From a virus, in the IMG/VR virus record IMGVR_UViG_3300045988_070370, positions 3,495 to 67,494 of that record: DNA of 64,000 nucleotides, one strand, 5' to 3'. Shown piece by piece: positions 17,652 to 29,100 of this stretch. The position numbers and the translations under genes were made by a program. Each line of letters begins with the position of its first letter. The stretch's first letter is position 1. The notes beneath the pieces were generated by a model. It saw only the letters and a list, made by a program, of their open reading frames with translations, was not told the DNA's origin and did no database searches.

Positions 17652-17996
17652 TTAAACAATACCCGTCATAAGTTGAAGGGTGTTAGTGTCTCTCTCAAAC
17701 CAGAGTTGAACTACTCCAGTACCAGGCACATCTGCAACCGTCAATGGTGCGCCATTGAACTTGCTCACAGCTTGTGTCGCTCCGTTGGTCTCGAAAAGGA
17801 TAGGCAGCGTACCAGTCGTTCCAGTCGGAATAGCCTGACGTAGATTCACGAAAATCGTTCCTCTATAGTTGGCATTCACGAAAGCGTGATTCTTGAAGGT
17901 GAACACCACATTGGCAGTATTCACCGTCACACCAGTAGAAGCGATAGCCGCTGAGCCGTTACGATTCACCCAGGTAAATGGTCTTAACCAAAGCAT
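17652..17996 (-). CDS. Hypothetical beta-rich small protein
   Basis: 114 aa with T/V/N-rich beta-strand-like composition. Confidence 0.5.
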   Translation of the reverse strand: MLWLRPFTWVNRNGSAAIASTGVTVNTANVVFTFKNHAFVNANYRGTIFVNLRQAIPTGTTGTLPILFETNGATQAVSKFNGAPLTVADVPGTGVVQLWFERDTNTLQLMTGIV

Positions 17997-18014
17997 AGCA
18001 GCCTCCTTTCCTTA

Positions 18015-18953
18015 TTAACCCCAGAATCCTGCATTGTTAGCAGCATTCAAACCATACTGATAAGCCACGCAGTTAGGAACCGCAGTAAATGGACTGTAAG
18101 GAGTAGTCACGGTCTCAGGCAACTTACACTTGATACCAGCCACCTCGTTCTGCAATCCAGCCAATACCGCATTGATAGGAGCCACCGCCTGACCAACAAT
18201 CTGAGAGGTCATAGCAGAAGACTTGAAGGTGCTGTTCTCCTCACGGAGTGCATCAATCTTGTTCTGCATTTCCCTGAACTCAGCTTGCTTCTGACCATCA
18301 ACGATAGTCTGAGTACTTTCCTTGATAGCATTGTGCAAGTCGCAAGTCTGTCGCTGAGTCTCGTAAGCCACGTTAGAGAAGCCACGTTCCTGACCAGTAG
18401 CTACGTTGTTGATTGCATTCTGCAAGGTTCCAGTCTGCTGGCAGATAGCCAAGCGGTTCTCGCAGCAGCAGTTTGCAATCTGCTGAGCAATCTGCATATT
18501 ACCCTGCTGCAAGGCATTGATGGTCTGCATACCACTCATGCCTACCTGATTACCTACACTCTGAACCTGAGAGGTCAGGGCAGAAATTGCATTCTGAATC
18601 TGACCTTCTGTACAGTTCAACTGGGTAGCCAAGTTGCTGAGAGCATTGCGGTTGCCACCGATGGCATCCATCAGGAGACCACGACCATAGTCATTGTTAA
18701 TCTCGTTTGCGAGACCACCACGACCATTATTACCGAAACCTCCCCAGCCGTTTCCACCCCAGCCCATGAGGAAGAAAAGGAAGATTACCCACATAAACCA
18801 TCCACCTTCACCACCGAAACCATTGTTACCCTTCATGGCAAGGAGGACATTTGGGTCAACACCCTGCTTCTGGAGCAGAGGCGCAAGAAGACCAAGCATC
18901 CCATTGTTAGATGTGGAGCCTTCATTTCCGAATACATACGTTTTACTTTCCAT
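18015..18953 (-). CDS. Gly-rich membrane-inserting / Q-N-rich Cys-containing repeat protein
   Basis: 312 aa. A Trp/Phe-rich helix WFMWVIFLFFLMGW sits inside GGxG tracts. It is followed by three Cys-containing QNAI-type repeats. Confidence 0.5.
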   Translation of the reverse strand: MESKTYVFGNEGSTSNNGMLGLLAPLLQKQGVDPNVLLAMKGNNGFGGEGGWFMWVIFLFFLMGWGGNGWGGFGNNGRGGLANEINNDYGRGLLMDAIGGNRNALSNLATQLNCTEGQIQNAISALTSQVQSVGNQVGMSGMQTINALQQGNMQIAQQIANCCCENRLAICQQTGTLQNAINNVATGQERGFSNVAYETQRQTCDLHNAIKESTQTIVDGQKQAEFREMQNKIDALREENSTFKSSAMTSQIVGQAVAPINAVLAGLQNEVAGIKCKLPETVTTPYSPFTAVPNCVAYQYGLNAANNAGFWG

Positions 18954-19160
18954 ATTATCCTGAATCTTTTGTTAAACATTAATTGATTAATACTCTGTAA
19001 CGTTACGGACACAAAGATACGAATAATATGGATAGGTATTGATAAACTCGTAAAAGGTTGTTTAAGTGTTTGAATAGCAGCGATTTGTGATTACGGAAAA
19101 GGTCATAAGAGTATAGGAGAGGCTATTTAGTTTCTCCTATATGTATCAGTTTAGCTATTC

Positions 19161-19538
19161 CTAAATATTTATGCTATACTTCTTTGCTTGCTTACGGAAG
19201 AAAGCCTTCTTATTAGCAAAGAATCGGATAAGGGATTTATTCCACTTTTTCTCATGTCCGAACTGGTCATGGATGCCTTCTGGTATCTTGCCATCGTGAA
19301 CATACTTCTCGAATGACGAGATAGACTTACCCATTTCGTGGGCGCACCAACCCTTATTGGCTTGCGTATCATTCATCATGGCGGTAAGGAGTGCTACCAG
19401 TTCCAAGTCCCCTTCTGACAGACCACAAGGTATTGGTTTGCCTTCTTCTTGCGCTACTGCTGATTCATGCGCTTTATCAGCAAGAACACGAAGTCCTGCC
19501 TCTATGATTCTGTAATTTACTAATTGCGACATAAGCAT
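19161..19538 (-). CDS. Hypothetical protein
   Basis: 125 aa. Its 5' end overlaps the upstream ORF. Confidence 0.4.
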   Translation of the reverse strand: MLMSQLVNYRIIEAGLRVLADKAHESAVAQEEGKPIPCGLSEGDLELVALLTAMMNDTQANKGWCAHEMGKSISSFEKYVHDGKIPEGIHDQFGHEKKWNKSLIRFFANKKAFFRKQAKKYSINI

Positions 19539-19956
19539 ATAAAATTAGAATGAGTGTAATCAGGAACATATCACAATAATACATATCGTTTGTGACAACA
19601 ATAGAACCGAACATGATGTGTATCACATTGACTCCTGCAATATACAAGATAGGTATTCGCCATTCTACACACAATCTGTGTAACACCTGCCCTTTCCAAA
19701 GGGAAATAGGGTAAAGGATATAAGTGATGAAATAGAAGAACCAGACGGGTTCTTCGTTCTCTTCATACCAAAGGGTAATCTCCATATTGTTGTCATAGAA
19801 TTGAGATATACCATACCATCTGATAAGCATGACCAAGATTGGTGCATACTTAAAGTAAAGTAAATCTGTTTTTATTTTACTGCGTTCAGGGAGAAGTTTA
19901 GTTATCTCTCCTATCAATTTCCTGACCCGTTGGTCTTCATCATCATCTTGTTTCAT
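19477..19956 (-). CDS. Hypothetical multi-pass membrane protein
   Basis: 159 aa with at least three hydrophobic helices. Confidence 0.45.
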   Translation of the reverse strand: MKQDDDEDQRVRKLIGEITKLLPERSKIKTDLLYFKYAPILVMLIRWYGISQFYDNNMEITLWYEENEEPVWFFYFITYILYPISLWKGQVLHRLCVEWRIPILYIAGVNVIHIMFGSIVVTNDMYYCDMFLITLILILYAYVAISKLQNHRGRTSCSC

Positions 19957-20020
19957 AAGCCTTCATTTTTTAGTTTATTTTCGATTAAGAATTTTAAAAT
20001 TATAGAATTTATGAACATTC

Positions 20021-20039
20021 TTAGATTTGGCAAATCTAA
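20021..20039. promoter_or_regulatory. 19-bp perfect palindrome carrying TAgaTTTG on both strands
   Basis: TTAGATTTG-G-CAAATCTAA, in the AT-rich gap between the giant gene and the 19956 gene. Confidence 0.35.
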
Positions 20040-20160
20040 TAAAAATAAATGGAATATATTGATTTATATAAAACTTTAAATATTAAACTTTGCAAATACT
20101 AACAGATTGAAAGTTTTATCCAAATTAAAGAAACAAAAAGTTTCAGAATGAAAGTAAATA

Positions 20161-20190
20161 TCCCCCGAAAGCCTTATGCTTTCAGGGGAT
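20161..20190 (-). terminator. Hairpin immediately after the giant ORF stop
   Basis: CCCCGAAAGC-CTTAT-GCTTTCAGGGG is a 10-bp stem with one bulge. The downstream U-tract is weak. Confidence 0.45.
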
Positions 20191-20198
20191 AGCCATAT

Positions 20199-23100
20199 TT
20201 ATTTTTTCTTAGCATTCGCTTTCTGGTTAGCCACAACTACCTTGTTAGCCTTCTCCAGCACGGAAATAATCTTCTTTCTCAGTTCACGAATCTGTTTCAT
20301 GTCCTCAGCGTTGTAGGCATCCTTGCCATCATCCAGAAAACCTTTCTTCAACTCGGAAATCTCCTGCTTATCAAGGGAAATCTCATCAATGGCATCAATG
20401 GCAGCCTTGTTGGTGTTGTAGTAGCCATCACTCTGACTAGGAGCCGTATCAACCAAGAGGTCATAGGAAGTCTTGAATCCGTTCAGTTTGGTGTAGAGTT
20501 GTTTCAGCTTCAAGTCCTCGAAATCATCCTTTGGGGTAGCATGAGCCTTGTATATATCCTCGGCATTCAACTTGTGAGGTCTATACTCCTCCCCACTCTC
20601 CTCAGCACGTTCCTTCTTCTTGTCTTCCTCATACTTCTTCACCTTCACATCATCCTGCTTATACTGCTTATACTCCTCTGAGCCGTAGAACCGCTCCAGC
20701 ATAGAGTAATCTCCATCCACCTTAGCTTGTTTCTTCAACTTGCTCAGGGTATTGGCTGCACGGTCGTGGTTCTCCTTCATATCCCAGAACTCATCACCTT
20801 GTTTCTTTGTAACCGGTCTATCATCAGGATTGCTGACGAACTTGCTGAATAATGGAATATCAGCCACCTTGATTTCCTTCGGGTCGTTGAGTGACTTGGT
20901 AAGAACACCGAGCACCTGACTGCCCATGGTGTAAGCACCACCGAGATAAGAAGACAATACATGGTCAACCACAGCAGGGTTATTCAGATTGTATCTTGGG
21001 TCACCGAAAGCATCTATGCTATTCTGCTGCACATCAGGATAGTCGTTTCCGATTGAGTTAACCATCTTGGACGCACGAACCAACCAATCAGGAGTGCCCA
21101 CGTATGCCTTGGTAAAGTTAGGATCATACTTGTTGTACTCTGTGTCCTTGAATAATGGCTTGCCAGTGAAGTCAACATTGAAAGCCAACTCAAAGACTGG
21201 ACGAATAGCATTCGGCATCAGACTGACCGCAATATTGCCATCATATCCAGTAGGGTCGAGCGGAAGCATATCCACCACCTGACCGAGCAAGTCTTCACCA
21301 TACTGACTCCAACTCTCCTCAGCCAACTCGCCACCCATCATCTTGGATGCAATCATATCACCCAAGCCATAGAAAGCACGGAACTCCTGAGCAAGAGGAA
21401 TCTTCACAAACTCATGAGTAAACGGAACCCACATAATCAGGTTGTTTCGTCTATCCCACTTGGTGAACTGCCAGTACTTATCCTTATCATCATCACCACC
21501 CAACATACTCATCAAGGCAGCATTAACGATAGGAACCAGTACACCACTCGCCAACCATGATGCAGTAACAGCCGTAAACTTGAAAGGATGATGCTTGACA
21601 AGCGCACCCAAGGTCTGCAAACTCTGTACCGCTGGATTGATGAAGAGATAGAGGTTTCTAATCATCTGCCAGCCATATTCGCCAGTACCCTTGCGGTTGA
21701 AGTTCAGGGTCACGTCCTTGGCATCATTCACCGCCTCATCAATGGAACGTCCATACTGAATAGAGGTCATGTAAACCGCAAATCGGTTACTATCCTCGAT
21801 TGCTCTATTCAGGAACTCGATACCATCCATGATGGTGTGCCCTACCTTTACTGGGTTCGCCTTCCATCTATCCAAATCCTTCAAGTCGTTCTTGAATTTC
21901 TTCTTCAAGTCTTCCACGTCAAGCGAAGAGACAAAGCCAGTCTCGCCACCATTCATCATAAAGTCATAGAACATCTGTTCCTTTGGAGTAGCGTTTCCGT
22001 TGTTTACCTTCTCTCTCAACTTGCCGTTCTGATAGTCTCTCAGCATGAAACCGAGATTCCAAGAGGTAGCCAGATTCTTTCTTAGCATATAGTTGTATCT
22101 TCCATCCTCACGAATAGCGGTAGATGCAAGGGTCATGGTCAGGTCTCGGAAGTAGTTGGAAGGGATGAAGAGAGGTGAAAGACTGGTATAGGCAGCAGCC
22201 ATCTTTCTGCCCAACCAAGCAGCAGCCCTATCAAGTTTGCCGCTCTGAATCTCTCTTACTCGGTGTGCTCTAGTATTGTTCATCGCCTGAGCCAACTGAG
22301 GGTCACCATTCACATAGATAACGTACTCCTCGCCATCCTTCATCACTCTTACCTCATGTTCTCTCTCCTCGCTGTGAGTCTGAGGATAGGCTATGTTCAA
22401 TCCGTCTCTCTTCTGAGTAGCATCGCCAGTCTGAGCCATCTGCTCCATCTTCTTCTCGAAAGCATCAATGGCAGTCTTCACCTGATTACTATTCATCTGA
22501 GAAGTAATCTGAGGTGTAGCAGGAATCCACTCTTCGTTTCCGTTGGCATCCGTACTCTTCACGTACCAAGCCTTGCTCAGGGTCAGCAGGGAAGTTGGAT
22601 GATTCTGAGCCAAGAGCATCAGGTGTTGCTTCACCCAGTTCTTGTTGTTCAGCAGGATTCCACTCTCTGCCATATTCTCGATGTAGGCGATAGGGTCGTC
22701 AGCGATAGAGGTTCGTCCGTGTGCCGTTTTCAAGGTTTGATTGAACGCACCCTTGCCACCACCAATATAGTCCCATACTTGGTCGGCAGTAGTGCCATCC
22801 CAGCCACGGAGAGGAATATAATGGCTATACATATCTCGCACATACTGATAAGTATCTTTGCTCATCATGCCAGCCTTATAGCCATCACGGAGAATCTTCT
22901 TGGTAGCCGCATTCGTTGCGTCCCAGAGGTTGTGAGTCTCGGTTATATACTTACTCTCAATATCCTTTATCAGTTTGTGGGCAGCTTCCTCGAAGTCTGA
23001 GCCATCAAATAGAGCAGACAAGCCTGAGTAATCGTAGGCGATACCCATCTTATCATAACGATAGTTCATATAGGATGGAGAGTATTTCACTCTGAGTGCA

Positions 23101-26100
23101 TTATCTCTCTGTCTCCAAGTAGTGAAGTCTATGTAGCCAAGTTCAAAGCCGCTATCATTGCCCATTCGGTTCATGTCGCCCTTGTAAGCCCTGTATGCCG
23201 CACTTCTCTGAGCCACGTCCTCATAGTCAGCTTCCAGAGACTTCTTGAAAGCCATCTGAGCATCACGCTCCAAACCATGCTTAGCCATCATGTAGATACG
23301 GACATTGTCATAACTATCACCCAGCACCTTCTTCATCTGATGATAAGCCTTTCTCAATGGCTGCAAGAACTCATTGTTGTACTCCTCGAACTCGTTCTTA
23401 CCCTTGCCATGACTTCTGTTCTCGGCAGTATAGGCATCCTCAGCCATGTTCAGGCGGTCAACACCCACTTCCTTCATAATAGCTTCCTGAGCCTTGCGGA
23501 TAGCCAGCATACTATCTTGGAAGGCGATTCTTTTGAGCACAGAACCACGCTGCAACTCTCGGTTGAACTCTCCAAGGGCAGTATCATCACTCAGAAGATG
23601 CTGTTCGTAGGTTGGAGCAGTCTTCCACAGAGCCATCTGTTTGCGGTAGTCGTCCACTCTCCTCAGGAAGTCAACGGCACTCTCGCCAGCGTTGCGTTGT
23701 GGGATGGATGGTCGCTTGGCATCCTTAGGCAGATTATTATCCTTCTTCCACTGGTTCAGGTCGTGCTCAAACTGGTCATAGCGCAAGGAGAATCGGGTAT
23801 TACCAACGATATTGGCATTGTTCTCATCGAATATCACGTAGTTGTAATCGCCTTCCTTAGCACCGCCAAATATATTACCAGCCTTATACTTGATACCAGT
23901 GAAACCAATAGAAGACAGGAACTTACTAACTGCACGACTAGCATCTACATCTTTCCACTTTTTTGTTCTTCTTAAAGCATACATTAGAAAATCATAGGCA
24001 TTACCGCCAAATGAACCATCAAAAGAAAAACCACGCTTTTTAAAGTCGTCAAAATCTATTTTTAATCGCCTTAATTCTTTAATGATTGTATTCTTCTGTT
24101 TATCTGTCAAAGGAGCATCCCAATCAAGATAATCTCCATTATCATCAGGAATATCCACATCATAAAGATAAGCAATATTATCAGGAACAGCTATTTCCTC
24201 ATTCTTCTTTGCAAGAATATTGCTAAGTTCCTTTAAATCATCATCATCAGGGAACATTTCTAGAGCAGAAGGAAGGTCTTTTCTCATAGCATCCAATCCC
24301 TTGTTTACATCTTTATATTTATAGATATATTGTCTTACCATATCTTTGTTATTGGCAGACATATCTGTCACAAATTCAAAACCGCCATTATCTTTCCTTA
24401 TCTTGGCACGTCTTGTGTAGTCCTCAGCAATATCCTTAGAGTTAGTAACATAACCACCCCAGCCAAACGCTTGTGAACCTTCGCCTTCACCCATGTGGCT
24501 GAAATCGAACTTATCAAAGCTAGCCCCAGTACCATGATAGGTGCGGATGCTAAACTTAGGGTCAGAACCAGTAAGCAGTGGAGCAATCACATGCTCGGTC
24601 AACTGGGTAGGGATTCCGTTGCCGATGATGGTATGGCTCAGATTTTCAGAGAATGGCATCTTGTAATCATCGCTCACTCCTGATACTCTTGCGAGCACTC
24701 TGCCCATAGCACGATACACCTTGCCATCAGGCATAACAATCACATCACCACTCTTGGTTCGGAGCGTTGGCAGGAGTTCGTCAGCAAAGGCATGAGGAAT
24801 CTTGCCATCAGCATAAGCACTACCCATCACATACAATGGCTTGTCAATGTTTCTCCAGTCAATGCCATCAGCCTTCAAGCGAACGTCCATCCAAGGAGCC
24901 ACACCATTCTTCTTCTCGGTCAGTGTCGGGATAATATCAGCCACAGCTTCATACCATCCGCTCTTGTGTGCCATCTTCTTTGGCTTGTCAGGAAGTTTGC
25001 CATCACGAACCGCACGGACAATCAATCTCTCTCGGTTGGTGTAGCCGCCATAGTCAGCAGCATTATAGACATCAGCATCCCAAGTATAGCCATTGGCATC
25101 CAGCGCATCCGTGATAGTCTTCATCGCTTCTGAATCCTTATATCCCTTCACGTTTTCAATGGTCACAACCTTTGGCTTGATAGCATTGATGAACTCGGCA
25201 GTACTTGCAGCAGTCTCCTTGTCAAGTTCCAACTCAGCATGGTTACTCTTCGCCTGAGAGTAGTTCTTGCAGACTGGGCTGGCATGGAAGTACTCTACCT
25301 CGCCATCTATCTGTTTCACCAACTCCTTAGGGTCAACATCACGAACATCAGCAGTAACGATGTGCTGTCCGAAGTTGTTGCGATATACACCGCTTATCTT
25401 CTCATCATACTCCACTGCCACTACTGGGTCGATGATACCCTTCAAGCCTTCCTCAACAAGACCGCCACCGCTAAAGTATGTTCCAGCCTTAATGAGAGTG
25501 CCATCCTTCAGGGAGAACTTAGGCTCCTCGCCAGCAATCTCTGCCTTGCGGTTCTCGCCCAGAGCCTGAGCAATATGAATCATCTTCCTGTTAGCCATCT
25601 GCCAGCCGCTCGGCATATCATCAATGGCAGTCTTGATAGCATCATCCACCTCATCAGGAGTGTTCAGACTCTTCAAGTCCTCAGCCATATCAGCCGCCCC
25701 ACTCTCCTTTCCGTCAGCCATATCACGGAGAGAGAAGGACACATCGCCAACGCCCAAGAAAATCTGGTCTTTGCGAGCCACGTCCTCAGTAGATTCAGCG
25801 AGAGTTTTTCTTCTCTCCTCAGGAGTCATGTTAATTCGGGCAGACACATTACGAGCTTCCACCTCTCCAGCGAGTGACTTGTAACTGTTGTAATCATCAT
25901 TCGCCTGATAAGCATTATAAAGACCTCTGTTCTTCTCAACAATAGCCTTAGCCTCATCTTCCTTGCCTTCTGCACGCAACTGGCGAATCTGCTTAGTAAC
26001 CTCTGCTAATCTCTTCTTAATCTCACCTCTAACCAATCTAGGGCTACCTCCTCTATCAAAGCCCTCAATAGACTGGATTGCATGCTGAATCTCGTGATTC

Positions 26101-29100
26101 AATATACTATTCATATATTTCAGCTCGTCAGCATGGATGGTAATGGTGTTTGTCTTGGCATTATATTCACCATTTGAAGGCATATCGTTCATAATGGCAT
26201 CCGTTTCAATACGTACATCTTTCAACTGAGGATAAGCCTTAAATAATTCAGGTGCATCAATCACCTTAGATAGTTTGCCGCCATTCCAGAGCATATCCTC
26301 CTCATAACGCTTAACGATTTGTCCACCGCCTACGTCCATCGTGTCCTTTATCTTGGCATCAGGCATTTCGTATCTCCACTTGCCATCGGCACCACGCTCC
26401 CAGCCAGTAGCCATCTTGATAGCCTTGGCATCCTTCTTCTCCTCTTCCATCTTGCGAGCCACTGAAAGGAAATCCATACGAGCAGTACGCTCCTCTGCCT
26501 TGTCAGCAGCAGCCGCACCACGCTCACCAGCGAGAGAGAAACGAATATCATTGTTGTCGGCAGAGAAATCGCCATTGTTATTCTCGGCAGACTTGATTTG
26601 GTTGGCATTAAATGCTACATAAGAAGTCCCACCAAACTCCTCATCATCTATAACAACACCATCATATCCATCCCTTATCTGCTCTTCTCTAAAATTATTT
26701 CCCGCCTCAATTATTGGAGCAACATTTTCATAATCTTCCTCGTAAGAATTGAAATCTTCATCGCTTATATAATTATTCAGATAATCAGCAAGACCTTCCA
26801 AAGTGTAGCCATCGAATGGTTCTACTATATTTAGGAAACACGCCATAGGTTTACCCATATATTCAGGTTGTTTTTTATTTGATGTAAACCAATGACCGAT
26901 AGTTGTTGTTGCAGCATAACTCGCATTAGTGGCATTGCCAAATGTATTTTTGCCAACTTCTTTATCTTTCCCAAATATAGTAAAGCTCTCATCCGTATAA
27001 TGGTACATCACCATAGGCTCGCCATTCTCATCCACCACCTTGGAAGCATTCTCAGGGTCATTCTCCCAATCACCGAACCAGTTCTTGAAGTTGGCAGTAC
27101 GGACGGTTGCCCATTGTTCTGCATCCAGTTTGGTCTTCTCACCATTAGGAGCCGTCATATAGGTTCCGTTTGACTTGGCATCAGCCACAATCTTCTCCTT
27201 CTCTGCTTTCAGAGAGAATCGTATATTGTCACTACTATTGATAGCTTCATTGAAGGCACGACTGCGGTCACCTTCCTTATTCGGGTCGTAGTCATACATT
27301 GGTAAGCCAGCATCCTCAATGCCCTTGCGTACATCTTCGCCCAAGTTGTCAGGAACCACGGCAGCAGCAAACTCGTTTAGACGGAGAGGTCTGTTGTATT
27401 TAGTCTCAAAGTACGCACTCTTCAACTCAGTCTGTACTGCATTCTTCAAGGCATCCAGTTTCTTCATGAAGGTAGGAGTAAGGGTAATGCCATATTCTTT
27501 CTTGGCATACTTCTTAGGGTCAGACTGCAATACAATATCGTGAAGTCTCTGCTCACCATAGAACACATCATTATACAAGAACTTGGCAAGGTCATAATAA
27601 ACCTCACTCCATTTCTCGTAAAAAGCTTCCTTATCCTCATTAGAAGATAACTTATCCTTGTTGGCACGCATTTCGTCTGTAGAATCAACACGACTAGCCA
27701 ACTTTGCGATAAAGCTACCAAACGAGGTATATTCGCTTCCATTGGTCTGCCCATCTGCTTCTTCCCTCATAGCCTTTGAAACATTTTCAAGAGTCTCAGG
27801 CACATACTTTCGGGAACCATCCTTAGTATAGCCACGGAAGATACGGTTCTTCGTTCCGAACTCATCCAGTTTGTTCTCCTGCCATCTGATGTAATCATCA
27901 TAAAGACCATTCTTGTTGACGTAATTACTAGCCTTCACCTTAGACAGATAGAAGTCATACTTCTTGGTATCGTTATGCTCCTTCACAATATCCTCAACAA
28001 CCTTCTTCACATCTTTTTTTCTTGGACTTCCGTCCTTGTTAAGCAAGGTTGATTTATAGTCACGCTCAAAGATTTCCTTAGTCTGTTTTCTTACTTGTGG
28101 ATTGATAGGGCTAGCCTTAACGCCAGTCTCCTTATACATCTTTCTTCTTACCTCCAAAGAAACCTTTTCCCAAGTAGGATGGATGATGGCATGCTTAGCC
28201 AGACTTGTAACCTTTTCATTCAGTTCAGGGTCATTCTGCATACTGCTCAGAATATCCTCGGCAGTAGGATGGTCATTGATAATCTCTTTCCAGCGATAAT
28301 CAATTCTTGAATCATACGCTTTAATATCAATGCCCTTTTCTTTAAGATACATCAACTCCCAAGCAGGAACACCATTGTCTTCCATTACATCCTTGGTCTG
28401 TCTCTTAATCTCTGCCTTAGCAGCACTAGGGTATTCAAGGCTGTCAACCCAGTCTTCAAACTTCTGACTGCCCTTTTCGCTCATTTGCCGCTCTACGGAA
28501 GGATAACGCTGAGTATAGGCATCAGTTATCCAAGTACCAGCAGTCTTGCCAGTGCGCTTATCTACAAGGGCAGAAGGAGCAATAAAAGAAATCTCTCCAA
28601 AGTTGTCGTGACCACTCTTGTTGGTATCAATCACAGCCAAAGAAGGATTGGCAAAGCCACCCAGTTTCAAAGCCTTTCTCAGCTTCTCCTCTGTAATGTT
28701 ATGCACTCCTGCAAGAGTTTTTTCATCCTTCAATGAAAACTTTTCTCCATTTTCCTTGGCAGTTTCAGAAGAATTGTCTATCTTTGCAGCAGATAAGTCA
28801 TCCGTAAGGTTGGAAAGACCACCAACCTCTTCTGATTGTTCAGAAGGCAGTATGAGGACTTGGTCGCCCTCACGGATGGCTTGTTTCTTTATCAATCCCA
28901 AATTTTTATCATTCACAAAGTGCCAATGAACGATTTCCACATTGTCTTTATTAGGATTTACCTCTAATAATACTGTGCGGTTATTGCCCTTCTCGTCCTT
29001 CGTGTTGATAAGCACCCAATTATATGGTCTAGTTTTCTTTTGATTCTGACCATACAAATCAGGATTGTACAAAGCAGACTTAAAGATTACTTTACTCAAT

